DNA of 64,000 bases from Candidatus Magasanikbacteria bacterium CG10_big_fil_rev_8_21_14_0_10_36_32 (GTDB lineage Bacteria; Patescibacteriota; Patescibacteriia; Magasanikbacterales; GWA2-37-8): NCBI GenBank assembly GCA_002778465.1, contig PFBV01000003.1, forward strand, positions 303,766 through 367,765. The letters run 5' to 3'. The notes under the pieces were generated by a model. That model ran no database searches, was not told where the DNA came from, and saw nothing but the letters and a program-made list of their open reading frames with translations. Position 1 is the stretch's first letter. Each line of letters starts with the position of its first letter. The position numbers and the translations under genes were made by a program. Shown here in pieces: positions 27,888-36,670 of this stretch.

Positions 27888-28613
27888 ATGAGTTTAAATA
27901 ACAAAGTTGTTATTGTAACCGGATCGACATTGGGTATTGGCAAAGGAATTGCCGAAAAATTTATTGATGCCGGCGCAAAAGTTGTTTTTTCCGATATAAA
28001 TGGCGATGATTCTTTAGTTTCAAAATTTGGGAAAAATGCCATATTTGTAAAATGCGACGTATCCAAAAAAGAAGAAGTTGATAATTTAATCAATCAAGCC
28101 GTTACACATTTTGGACAGTTGGATATATTAGTTAATAATGCTGGTATTTATCCCTTTGTTTCTTTTGTGAAAATGACTGAAGTTGATTGGGATCGGGTCA
28201 TGTCTGTTAATTTAAAAAGCATTTTTTTATGTTCTCAAGCCGCAATTAAAGCAATGCCGGAAGGTGGAAGAATAATTAATATTTCTTCAATTGCGTCCTT
28301 TGTTGGTTTTGCCGGTTTAGTTCATTACTGCGCTTCAAAAGGCGGAATCAGTGCTATGATTAGAGCATTAGCTTTGGAGTTGGCAGATAGAAGAATTACG
28401 GTTAATGCCGTTGCTCCAGGCGCGATTGAAACTCCGGGTGCCAGTCAATTCATAACTGATGAATCAAAAAAACAAACCATAGCTATGATACCGTTATTGC
28501 GCATGGGACAGCCGGAAGACATTGTTGGAGCAGTTATTTTTTTGGCTTCTGATCAAGCTGGTTATATTACCGGCCAGACTATCATAGTTGATGGCGGATG
28601 GACATTAAGATAA
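27888..28613 (+). CDS. SDR-family oxidoreductase (3-oxoacyl-ACP reductase-like)
   Basis: TGSTLGIGKGIA Rossmann motif, NNAG, catalytic S...YCASKGG (YxxxK) and PGAIETP. Confidence 0.85.
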   Translation: MSLNNKVVIVTGSTLGIGKGIAEKFIDAGAKVVFSDINGDDSLVSKFGKNAIFVKCDVSKKEEVDNLINQAVTHFGQLDILVNNAGIYPFVSFVKMTEVDWDRVMSVNLKSIFLCSQAAIKAMPEGGRIINISSIASFVGFAGLVHYCASKGGISAMIRALALELADRRITVNAVAPGAIETPGASQFITDESKKQTIAMIPLLRMGQPEDIVGAVIFLASDQAGYITGQTIIVDGGWTLR

Positions 28614-28649
28614 TCTTGATTTTTTTAATTTAAAATAATTAATAAAAAT

Positions 28650-28982
28650 ATGAAAATAGCAATAAGTTCTACCGGAAAAAATATTGATAGCAATATTTCA
28701 GATATTTTTGGCAGATGCCCATATTTTATTATTGTTGAAATTAAAAACGGAAAAACAGGAAAGGTTGAGGTAATAAAAAATAATAACGCTGATCATGTAA
28801 GTGGAGCCGGTATTTTTGTCGCGCAATTATTGGCGGAAAAAAATGTTAATGCGGTAATAACAGGTAATGTAGGGCCGAGAGCTGTGGATATTTTAAAACA
28901 GTTTAATATTGATGTGTATAATGAAAAAGGTGTGGTCAAAAGTATTTTGCAAGAATTTATTAATAAAAAATTTAAACAATAA
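28650..28982 (+). CDS. NifX/NifB-C-type 'dinitrogenase FeMo-cofactor biosynthesis' family small protein (copy 1)
   Basis: MKIAISSTGKNIDSNISDIFGRCPYFIIVE...AVITGNVGPRAVDILKQFNIDVY matches the FGRAPYF...GGIG..A...L...GI.V pattern. Confidence 0.75.
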   Translation: MKIAISSTGKNIDSNISDIFGRCPYFIIVEIKNGKTGKVEVIKNNNADHVSGAGIFVAQLLAEKNVNAVITGNVGPRAVDILKQFNIDVYNEKGVVKSILQEFINKKFKQ

Positions 28983-28987
28983 ATTAT

Positions 28988-29347
28988 ATGAAAATAGTTA
29001 TTCCAACAAATGATAAAAAGGGATTGGAAGATAAAGTTGCAGAACATTTTGGCCGTTGTTTGACTTATACCTTTCTTAATGAAAAAGGCGAAGTTATTGA
29101 AATTATAGATAATATCAGTGAACATATGGGTGGTATAGGTTTACCCCCGGAATTAATGAAGAAACATGAAGCGAATGTTTTGCTTTGTAAAGGTCTTGGT
29201 CCAAGAGCTCTTAATTTGTGTAAAGAATTGGGAATAGAAATATATGTTTGTCAAACGGAAACAGTTAAAGAGATTTTTGAGATGTGGAAAAATAATAAAA
29301 TTAAAAAAGCAGATTTGAAAGATGTCTGTGAAGAACATAAAATATGA
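28988..29347 (+). CDS. NifX/NifB-C-type FeMo-co family small protein (copy 2)
   Basis: MKIVIPTNDKKGLEDKVAEHFGRCLTYTF...LLCKGLGPRALNLCKELGIEIY. Confidence 0.7.
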   Translation: MKIVIPTNDKKGLEDKVAEHFGRCLTYTFLNEKGEVIEIIDNISEHMGGIGLPPELMKKHEANVLLCKGLGPRALNLCKELGIEIYVCQTETVKEIFEMWKNNKIKKADLKDVCEEHKI

Positions 29348-30240
29348 AACAGATAAATTGTTCAAAATTAAAAATAGCAATTACCGGCGGTAAGGGCGGT
29401 ACAGGTAAATCAATGGTGGCAACTTCGTTGGCTGTTGAATTTGCTCGAAACAAAAAAACACTTTTGATTGATGTTGATACTGAATGTCCCAATGATCATC
29501 TTTTGCTTTCCGTTATAATAAAAAAATCTTCAATAGTTACCCAATCAATTCCTAAATGGAATTTTAGGAAATGTGTTAAATGTGGTCAATGTGCTTTGGT
29601 TTGTCAGAAAAATGCTATTATTTTCGTCAAAGGCAAATATCCTGTTTTTGTAAAAGATATTTGTATTGGCTGTAAAGCATGTGTTGCCACTTGTCCTGTG
29701 GGGGCAATATCTGAAGATAAAAAAGAAATTGGTAAAATTTATACCGGAAAAAATTATCAAGTTAATTTAATTTCTGGAGAACTTAAACTCGGAGAATTGG
29801 CATCTGGCGAGGTGGTGACTGAGGTAAGAAAATATGCGGAAAAAATTAATGCGCGGTTAAAGGCGGATATAATCTTGATAGATTCCGCAGCTGGAGTTGG
29901 TTGTCCTGTAATAGCTTCATTGGTAGGGACTGATTATGTTGTAGCTGTAACCGAACCAACACCCGCTGCTTTGCATGATTTAAAACGAGTATTATATTTG
30001 GCGAATCATTTTAAAATAAAACATGGTATTATCATTAATAAATATGATTTGTCGAAAAATTTTTGTTTAAAAATAGAAAAATTTGCTAAGAAAAATAATA
30101 TTTTAATTATTGGCAAGATTCCTTATAAAAAAGAGTTTGTTGATTCAAACATAAAGATGAAGCCGGTAGTTGAAATAAATCCAATTTATCAGGAAGTGTT
30201 TCAAAAAATTATTAAACAGATAAAAATTGCAATAAAATAA
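29344..30240 (+). CDS. ParA/MinD/Mrp-like P-loop ATPase with inserted 2x[4Fe-4S] ferredoxin domain
   Basis: Deviant Walker A ITGGKGGTGKS plus CVKCGQCALVC and CIGCKACVATCP. The ATGA start overlaps the upstream stop. Confidence 0.8.
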   Translation: MKQINCSKLKIAITGGKGGTGKSMVATSLAVEFARNKKTLLIDVDTECPNDHLLLSVIIKKSSIVTQSIPKWNFRKCVKCGQCALVCQKNAIIFVKGKYPVFVKDICIGCKACVATCPVGAISEDKKEIGKIYTGKNYQVNLISGELKLGELASGEVVTEVRKYAEKINARLKADIILIDSAAGVGCPVIASLVGTDYVVAVTEPTPAALHDLKRVLYLANHFKIKHGIIINKYDLSKNFCLKIEKFAKKNNILIIGKIPYKKEFVDSNIKMKPVVEINPIYQEVFQKIIKQIKIAIK

Positions 30241-30352
30241 AAAAAGATTGTAATATTTTTAATATTAGTCAATATAATTTTTGGATTGAACATAAAATTA
30301 TTACCACTATCTTAATGTTTAAACTGTAAAATTAATTTAAATATAAAATAAT

Positions 30353-30631
30353 ATGCCAAGACCAAAACTTTGTAGAAAAATTAGAATTAATCCAAATATA
30401 ACATATTTTAAACCGCAGGGTGTGCCGATGTCTGTTTTAGAAATTGTAAATTTAACAATTGAAGAATTAGAAGCGTTGCGACTCCATAATATTAAAGATT
30501 TAGACCAAAGCAAATGTGCGAAAATGATGAATACTTCTCAGAGTACACTTCAAAGGATTTTGGAGTCAGCTTATAAAAAAATAACTGATGCGCTGGTAAA
30601 CGGTAAAGCCATTGAAATAATTAAACAGTAA
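30353..30631 (+). CDS. DUF134 (UPF0251) family predicted DNA-binding protein
   Basis: MPRPKLCRKIRINPNITYFKPQGVP...LTIEELEALRLHNIKDLDQSKCAKMMNTSQSTLQRILESAYKKITDALVNGKAIEI follows the DUF134 consensus closely. Confidence 0.75.
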   Translation: MPRPKLCRKIRINPNITYFKPQGVPMSVLEIVNLTIEELEALRLHNIKDLDQSKCAKMMNTSQSTLQRILESAYKKITDALVNGKAIEIIKQ

Positions 30632-30695
30632 AATTATATTATTTAATTCTTTTGGAAATAAACACACTTATTTATTTTTTTTATTCGTTCTAATT

Positions 30696-30965
30696 ATGAA
30701 AGTATTAAAGTTTGGCGCTGTTTGGTGTCCGGGTTGCTTAATTATGAAACCAAGGTGGGAAGAAATTGAAACAGAAAATTCATGGTTGCAAACCGAATAT
30801 CATGATTTTGACAATGAAAAAGAAATTGTAAATAAATATCAAATTGACAACATTTTGCCAGTTTTTATTTTTTTAGATAAAGATGATAAAGAATTTTTGC
30901 GTTTTAATGGCGAAATGTCCAAAGAAGAATTACTTAAAATTATTAATGAAAATAAAGATAAATAA
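30696..30965 (+). CDS. Small thioredoxin-fold protein
   Basis: FGAVWCPGCLIMKP contains the W-C-x-x-C active site. Confidence 0.65.
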   Translation: MKVLKFGAVWCPGCLIMKPRWEEIETENSWLQTEYHDFDNEKEIVNKYQIDNILPVFIFLDKDDKEFLRFNGEMSKEELLKIINENKDK

Positions 30966-30971
30966 AGTTTT

Positions 30972-32171
30972 GTGACTAAAATAAATTTTTTTATTATTTT
31001 TTTATTCTCTGCTTGTTTTTTATTTTTCTATCCAGTGCAAGCGGAAAATAAGATAAATGTGTATTTTTTCTGGGGTGAAGGATGTCCTCATTGTGCCAAG
31101 GAAAAAGAACTTTTGGATTACTACACCAGTAAATATCCATATGTTCAGATTTTTGATTTTGAATTGTATCATAATTATTCAAATGGTCAAATTTTGTCAG
31201 AGGTGGCTTCAATTTTAAATATTAGAGTGGATGGTATTCCCTTTACAGTTATTGGAGATAAATATTTTTCTGGATATTCAGAAGCTGTATCACCTGATCA
31301 AATTTTGGAAAGGATAGAGTATTGTTATAAAAATAATTGTTCTGATAGTTTATCTCAATTTTTTCAAATTGGATTAAATAATCCTGTTGTAGATGTCTCA
31401 AAATTAAAAGAATCAGAAGAAAATAAAAAAATTATCAAGATTCCAGGTTTGGGAGAAATTAATGCTGTTAATGTTTCCCTCCCCTTAGTTGCAACTGTCA
31501 TGGGAATTTTGGACGGATTTAATCCGTGTGCTTTGTGGACGCTTTTGTTTTTGATTAGTTTGCTTTTGGGAATGAAAAACAAAAAACGGATGTGGATTTT
31601 AGGCAGTGCTTTTATTGTTGCTTCCGCTTCTATTTATTTTCTATTCATGGCTGCTTGGTTAAATTTTATTTTATTTATTGGTTTTGTAATTTGGGTTAGG
31701 TTTTTAATTGGCGGCATCGCTTTTTTGGGCGGCTCGTATAATTTGAAAGAATTTTTCTTTAATCCAAATAGTGGATGCAAAGTAGCTAATGATGAAAAAA
31801 GACAAAAAGTATTTGCTCGTTTAAAACAAATAATCCAAAGAAAGAGTTTCTTAATTTCTTTTTTGGGAATTATTCTTTTAGCTTTTGCGATAAATTTAGT
31901 TGAATTAGTTTGTAGTGCTGGGTTGCCGGCCGTTTATGTACAAATATTGGCACTTAATAATCTTAGTGGTTGGCAATACTACATGTATATTTTGCTTTAC
32001 ATTCTTTTCTTTATGATTGATGATTTGTTTATATTTTTTGTTGCAATGCTTACATTGCAAATGACTGGAATTTCCACTAAGTATTCTCGTTATTCCAAAT
32101 TGATCGGCGGAATAATAATGGTAATAGTTAGTATTTTACTCATTTTTAAACCGGAGTGGTTGATGTTTTGA
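30972..32171 (+). CDS. Thiol:disulfide interchange protein: periplasmic thioredoxin domain (CPHC) fused to a DsbD/CcdA-like membrane domain. GTG start
   Basis: Signal peptide, then FFWGEGCPHCAKEKELL. The membrane part has GFNPCALWTLLFLISLLLG (CcdA/DsbD-type Cys in TM). Confidence 0.6.
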   Translation: MTKINFFIIFLFSACFLFFYPVQAENKINVYFFWGEGCPHCAKEKELLDYYTSKYPYVQIFDFELYHNYSNGQILSEVASILNIRVDGIPFTVIGDKYFSGYSEAVSPDQILERIEYCYKNNCSDSLSQFFQIGLNNPVVDVSKLKESEENKKIIKIPGLGEINAVNVSLPLVATVMGILDGFNPCALWTLLFLISLLLGMKNKKRMWILGSAFIVASASIYFLFMAAWLNFILFIGFVIWVRFLIGGIAFLGGSYNLKEFFFNPNSGCKVANDEKRQKVFARLKQIIQRKSFLISFLGIILLAFAINLVELVCSAGLPAVYVQILALNNLSGWQYYMYILLYILFFMIDDLFIFFVAMLTLQMTGISTKYSRYSKLIGGIIMVIVSILLIFKPEWLMF

Positions 32172-32258
32172 TAATTGATTTATGTAAAGAAATAGTTTGT
32201 TTGATTCAGTCTATGACACATCCCCAATAATTTTTAGTTTATATTTATTATATTAAGT

Positions 32259-33383
32259 ATGATAAAAAAAACAATAATAACAGTTTTTTCTTTGTTGCTG
32301 TTTTTTCCAATTTTAGTTTGTGCTCAAGAAGATATCAATTTGCAGCCAAACAATGATCGTGTTTTTAAGGCCAAAGTAATACAGGTTATAGAAGAAAAAA
32401 TAATAGAAAGAGAAAATGGTTCAGAAGCTTTGCAGCAGGATTTGCGTTTACTTGGTTTAGAAAAAGAATGGAAAAACAAAGAATTTGAACACAAAGGAAT
32501 CTCTGAAATTGATGTGGCCAGTGCTAATACTTATAAAGTTGGTGATAAGGTTTTAGTTAGTGAGGTAAAAAATATTGATGGTGTAATTGATTATTATGTA
32601 ATTGATTTAGTCCGTAGCGGTTATTTATTTTGGTTAGCATTAATTTTTGCCACTGTCACTATAATTATTGGAAAAAAGAAAGGCATTAAGTCCTTAATAA
32701 GTTTAATGGTGAGTTTTTTTGTAATCATTAAATTCATTGTTCCTAAAATAATAAGTGGTAGTAGTCCATTATTTGTTGGGGTATTAGGTGCATTGATAAT
32801 TTTGGCAATTATTATCTATTTAACTGAGGGTTGGAATAGAAAATCACATATTGCCGTAGTTAGCGTTTTTCTTTCTTTGGTTGCCACTTTTATTTTATCT
32901 TGGATTTTTACTCATTTAACTCGTCTCACTGGTTTGGCACAAGAAGAAACGACTTTTTTGCTTAGTGCGAATAACGGCGCAATAGATTTTAGAGGCCTAC
33001 TTTTAACTGGAATTTTAATCGGCACGATTGGTGTTTTAGACGATGTCGTTGTTGGACAAGTAGAATCAGTTAGACAAATCAGAAAAGCTAATCCACATCT
33101 TACTAATGTTCAGGTGTATAAAGCAGTCTACGAAGTAGGAAATTCTCATTTGGGCGCGATAGTAAATACTTTGTTTTTGACTTATACCGGTGCCAGCTTG
33201 CCACTTCTTTTACTTTTTTATTTCAATCCGATGGGAGTAATAAGTTTTACTCAAGTTATAAATAATGAAATAATCGCCACAGAAATTGTACGCGCGCTTG
33301 TTGGTAGTATTGGTGTGGCTTTATCTATGCCCATATCAACTTTTTTAGCTACGATTTGGTTAAGAAATAATAGGAACATATGA
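32259..33383 (+). CDS. YibE/F-family membrane protein
   Basis: Signal peptide plus a soluble about 110-aa domain, then 8 TM helices. Overall YibE/F-like organisation. Confidence 0.55.
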   Translation: MIKKTIITVFSLLLFFPILVCAQEDINLQPNNDRVFKAKVIQVIEEKIIERENGSEALQQDLRLLGLEKEWKNKEFEHKGISEIDVASANTYKVGDKVLVSEVKNIDGVIDYYVIDLVRSGYLFWLALIFATVTIIIGKKKGIKSLISLMVSFFVIIKFIVPKIISGSSPLFVGVLGALIILAIIIYLTEGWNRKSHIAVVSVFLSLVATFILSWIFTHLTRLTGLAQEETTFLLSANNGAIDFRGLLLTGILIGTIGVLDDVVVGQVESVRQIRKANPHLTNVQVYKAVYEVGNSHLGAIVNTLFLTYTGASLPLLLLFYFNPMGVISFTQVINNEIIATEIVRALVGSIGVALSMPISTFLATIWLRNNRNI

Positions 33384-33837
33384 TATTGGTTTTGTTTTAA
33401 GAGCAGGATTATTTATTATTGTTTGTGTGGATTAAAGTTGTCAATAAAGGACGAATTTAAAACTTTTTTTAGTATTCATCACCAAAGAGGATAAATTATT
33501 AATGTAGTAATTTTTTAAAAATCGTTTCATTAAAAAATTAACGGTTTTTGATTCAAGTATTTGTCAAATATAAAAAATATACTACTTATCACATAGTAAT
33601 ATTATTTTGTACACCTTTACCGATTTTTCTATGTTGCTGCGGACAATTAAATTTTTTGTTCGCCCTGTGTCCAAAAAGTGATAAAAATTGAGTAAAATTG
33701 ATAATAGATGATAACGAATGAGAAACTACCGCTCTATGAATTTTTTTCTATACTGAGCTATGATGAGCACATTATGTGGCGTTTATTAAAATGGTTTGAT
33801 AAACACCTTGGTGTCTTTGGTTCCTATTATTCGCTCT

Positions 33838-33868
33838 AAATCCAGACTATATATAGTCTGGATTTTTT
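33838..33868. terminator. Perfect palindromic hairpin plus T-run in a 600-bp non-coding region
   Basis: AATCCAGACTATA-TATAGTCTGGATT followed by TTTTT. Confidence 0.5.
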
Positions 33869-33907
33869 GGTAAGACAAAAGTGTATTTGATTAAAAAATT
33901 AAAATTA

Positions 33908-33936
33908 TTTGATAACCTTGACAAAATTTTAATTTT
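33908..33936 (+). promoter_or_regulatory. Consensus sigma-70-type promoter for the small acidic protein gene
   Basis: TTGACA (33908-33913), 17-nt spacer, TATACT (33931-33936). Confidence 0.55.
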
Positions 33937-33988
33937 GTGATATACTGCAACACAATGTCGGCTACCCATAGTTGGCAACTATTCTTAA

Positions 33989-34204
33989 ATGTTAGACACT
34001 ATGATGTCCAACGATTTAACAGGGGATCAGAACGCCACACAGATTCCTGCTACCGATGAAAACGTGGTAATCCCAGCCGAGGGCAACGAAGTCGCTCCTC
34101 AAGAAGAAGCTGCTACAGAAGCTCCTACAGAAGAAGCCACACAAGAAGAGGCTCCTACAGAAGCTGCTACAGAAGCTCCTGCAGAAGAAGCTCCTCAAGC
34201 CTAA
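33989..34204 (+). CDS. Small acidic low-complexity protein (71 aa) with EEA(P/A)TEA repeats
   Basis: The ORF is bracketed by a consensus promoter and a terminator. Nucleotide repeats GAAGCTCCTACAGAAGAAG encode the peptide repeats. Confidence 0.45.
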   Translation: MLDTMMSNDLTGDQNATQIPATDENVVIPAEGNEVAPQEEAATEAPTEEATQEEAPTEAATEAPAEEAPQA

Positions 34205-34214
34205 ACTGTTTGAA

Positions 34215-34251
34215 ATTCATCCGCCACAATGTGTGGTGGGTGAATTTTTTT
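34215..34251 (+). terminator. Rho-independent terminator (with G-U pairs)
   Basis: ATTCATCCGCCACA-atgt-GTGGTGGGTGAAT followed by TTTTTTT. Confidence 0.6.
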
Positions 34252-34382
34252 ATCTAAAAATTAAAGGGATTTATTAAACAATCACACTGGGTTGACAAAA
34301 ATCAAATTTATCCTTATTCTAACAATAATTGTTCTTTAACAACTTTCCGGAATTTATATTCCATAATACAAGGAAAAAATAG

Positions 34383-35177
34383 ATGAAAAAGGTAGTTTGT
34401 TATTGTTTGGTCTTTATCTCGTTTATGTTTATGTTTGGTTGCGGAAACATTGTTTTTCTACCTGGTTTTTCTCCGTTAACACCTCAAATTCAATTGGAAA
34501 AGGACTTAATGTCCGCCACAGTAGTTATTTATGGTGTTCGAGTTAAAGATATACAAAACAAATATGAAGTAGAAGGTTACGATGTCTGTACAGCCACCGC
34601 CTTTGAACGTAGAGGCGATGATTATTTTTTTGTTACCGCTGCCCATTGTTTCAATCCTGACTATGCCAATGTTTGGTGTTTGTCTTTGGACGAAATGGCG
34701 CCACTGAAAAAGCCTGACGAAAAAAAATTGTTTACCGTTACGCCGTTGGTGGTGGGTAATCAATATTTGGGACAAGATTTAGCTGTAGTTGCGTCAAAAT
34801 TAATCGGGGTAAATTTACCTACTATGCCGTTGGCATCTTCTGACCCAACAGTCGGCGACAATGTGATTAATGTTGCTGCCCCTAAATTTAGGGATAAGCA
34901 ATTATATCGCGGTGTAATTAAAACAACTAACTTTTATCGGACGATTTTTTCTACCAGAGGCGCAAATTGGCAAAGTGCGACATTAATCGCATTAAGTGAA
35001 GGGTCTGCACAAAAAGGATCATCCGGTTCGTCTGTGGTCAGTGGAAGTGCGGGCGGTATTGTGGCAATTTTGGTTGGTAATTCTTATTGGGAAAAAGCGG
35101 CAATTACTTTGCCAATCAGCCAATTTAAAAAGTTTTGGAAAGATTTTTTATCAGATATGGATAATTGTGATTCGTGA
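34383..35177 (+). CDS. Trypsin-like (S1 family) serine protease, probable lipoprotein
   Basis: Lipobox MFMFGCGN; histidine motif FFVTAAHCF; Asp region; serine motif KGSSGSSVV (GDSGGP-like). Confidence 0.65.
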   Translation: MKKVVCYCLVFISFMFMFGCGNIVFLPGFSPLTPQIQLEKDLMSATVVIYGVRVKDIQNKYEVEGYDVCTATAFERRGDDYFFVTAAHCFNPDYANVWCLSLDEMAPLKKPDEKKLFTVTPLVVGNQYLGQDLAVVASKLIGVNLPTMPLASSDPTVGDNVINVAAPKFRDKQLYRGVIKTTNFYRTIFSTRGANWQSATLIALSEGSAQKGSSGSSVVSGSAGGIVAILVGNSYWEKAAITLPISQFKKFWKDFLSDMDNCDS

Positions 35178-35268
35178 AGATAAATTTTACCCTCGCTGTA
35201 TGCGGGGGTTTTTAACAATATAAACTTGACAGCCTCTGACGGTTTTGATACAATGAGTGCTGTAAATT

Positions 35269-35342
35269 GCGGTAGTAGTTCAGTTGGCTAGAACGTCTCC
35301 TTGCCAAGGAGAAGGTCGCCGGTTCGAATCCGGTCTACCGCT
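35269..35342 (+). tRNA. tRNA-Gly (anticodon GCC)
   Basis: Acceptor GCGGTAG/CTACCGC, anticodon loop TTGCCAA and T-arm CGCCGGTTCGAATCCGGT. Confidence 0.85.
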
Positions 35343-35367
35343 CTGTTTAGTCTTCTGATTGTATATA

Positions 35368-35439
35368 GCGGGGTAGAGCAATTGGCAGCTCGCCAGGCCC
35401 ATAACCTGGAGGTTCTCGGTTCAAGTCCGAGCCCCGCAA
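35368..35439 (+). tRNA. tRNA-Met (anticodon CAT). Initiator versus elongator versus Ile-lysidine not resolved
   Basis: Anticodon stem-loop CCAGG-CCCATAA-CCTGG, D-arm GAGC-AATTGGCA-GCTC and T-arm CTCGG-TTCAAGT-CCGAG. The acceptor end pairing is ambiguous by 1 nt. Confidence 0.7.
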
Positions 35440-35533
35440 CAAAGTTGAAAAGGACGGCCAAAGTGGTCGTTTTTTTCTTTTGTCATGAGAGTAATTATTT
35501 TTTATAAAAAAGACAATTGATTGAAAATAATTT

Positions 35534-35562
35534 AAAACCCCCCGATTAAATCGGGGGGTTTT
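35534..35562. terminator. Bidirectional terminator hairpin between the tRNAs and the AI-2E transporter
   Basis: AAAACCCCCCGATTAAATCGGGGGGTTTT. Confidence 0.6.
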
Positions 35563-35575
35563 AAATTTGATTTGT

Positions 35576-36631
35576 TTATTCATTATGTTCCAATTCGGTT
35601 TGGTAATACTGATCATACATTTCCCAAAAGGAAACAAGAAGAGCGGAAATAATGGGGCCGATGATAAATCCTGAAATTCCAAATAAAATAAAACCACCAA
35701 GCATTGAAAATAAAATTAACAGTGGATGGAGTTGGGTATCATTTCCGATGATAATTGGTCTAAGAAAATTATCAATTGTACTGATTAAAATTAAACCAAC
35801 TAAAATTATTACAATACCTTGCCAAATATGTCCTGTGACCAACATAATAATGCCGGTTGGAAACCAAACAATAGCCGAGCTGAAACTGGGAATGACACTT
35901 AAAACCAACATTACCACACCCCAAATTAAAGCGCCTTGCACACCAGTTAAGAGAAAAAGAATTGTGCCCAAACTGGCTTGGATTGCCCCAATAATTAAAA
36001 TTCCTTTCAGTGTAGCGTAAGTTGTTTTTGTAAATTTATTATAAAGAGTTTTTTCTTTTTGGTCGCCTAACGGACAAAGGTGCATTAATTTTTTTAAAAG
36101 TTTTTCTCCGTCTCTGATAAAATAGAATAGTGTGTAAAGCATGATGATAAACATCACTACGAAAGTTAAAGAGTTTTGAGTAACGGATTTGATTCCTTTA
36201 AAAACAAAACCGGATACAGACTGTGTAACCTCAGAAATTTTTGCCGTCCAAAAAGCTTCGTCTATATTTAATTTTACTACAACTGAATTATGTTTAATCC
36301 AGTCGGAAGTTTGGCGTACCGCTTCTCCGATTTTAGTTTGGTTATTGTCTAAGGAAGAGTACAAGTCAACTGATTGTTTAACCAACAATGTTCCAATTAA
36401 GCCTATCGGAATAATAATACAAATAACCACACCAATCAGCACAATTAAAGAGCTGAGATTGCGTGATTTAAGTTTTTGATTCAGCCATTTATAAATCGGG
36501 TAACAGATGCCAGCAATTACCGCTGCCCAAAAGATTGGATACGCGAACGGTTTAATAACATAAAAAAACCCGATTGTTACAATGGCTAATAGGGCAAAGA
36601 AAAGTATATAGCGAATTTTTGCAAAATCCAT
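35576..36631 (-). CDS. AI-2E (PerM/YhhT) family transporter
   Basis: 351 aa with 8 TM helices; the N-terminal region IFWAAVIAGICYPIYKWL and overall pattern fit AI-2E. Confidence 0.7.
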   Translation of the reverse strand: MDFAKIRYILFFALLAIVTIGFFYVIKPFAYPIFWAAVIAGICYPIYKWLNQKLKSRNLSSLIVLIGVVICIIIPIGLIGTLLVKQSVDLYSSLDNNQTKIGEAVRQTSDWIKHNSVVVKLNIDEAFWTAKISEVTQSVSGFVFKGIKSVTQNSLTFVVMFIIMLYTLFYFIRDGEKLLKKLMHLCPLGDQKEKTLYNKFTKTTYATLKGILIIGAIQASLGTILFLLTGVQGALIWGVVMLVLSVIPSFSSAIVWFPTGIIMLVTGHIWQGIVIILVGLILISTIDNFLRPIIIGNDTQLHPLLILFSMLGGFILFGISGFIIGPIISALLVSFWEMYDQYYQTELEHNE

Positions 36632-36670
36632 ATATTAATAGATTAATAAATATTGATTATGAATATTATA

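Noticed and set aside
33989-34204. Possibility of a CRISPR array from the repeated GAAGCTCCTACAGAAGAAG units
   Set aside because: The repeats are in-frame coding repeats of an acidic protein (short, contiguous, no spacers). No cas genes and no repeat-spacer architecture anywhere in the window.
35301-35507. 68-aa ORF on the plus strand
   Set aside because: Entirely overlaps the tRNA-Gly(GCC) and tRNA-Met genes; it is an ORF-finder artefact.
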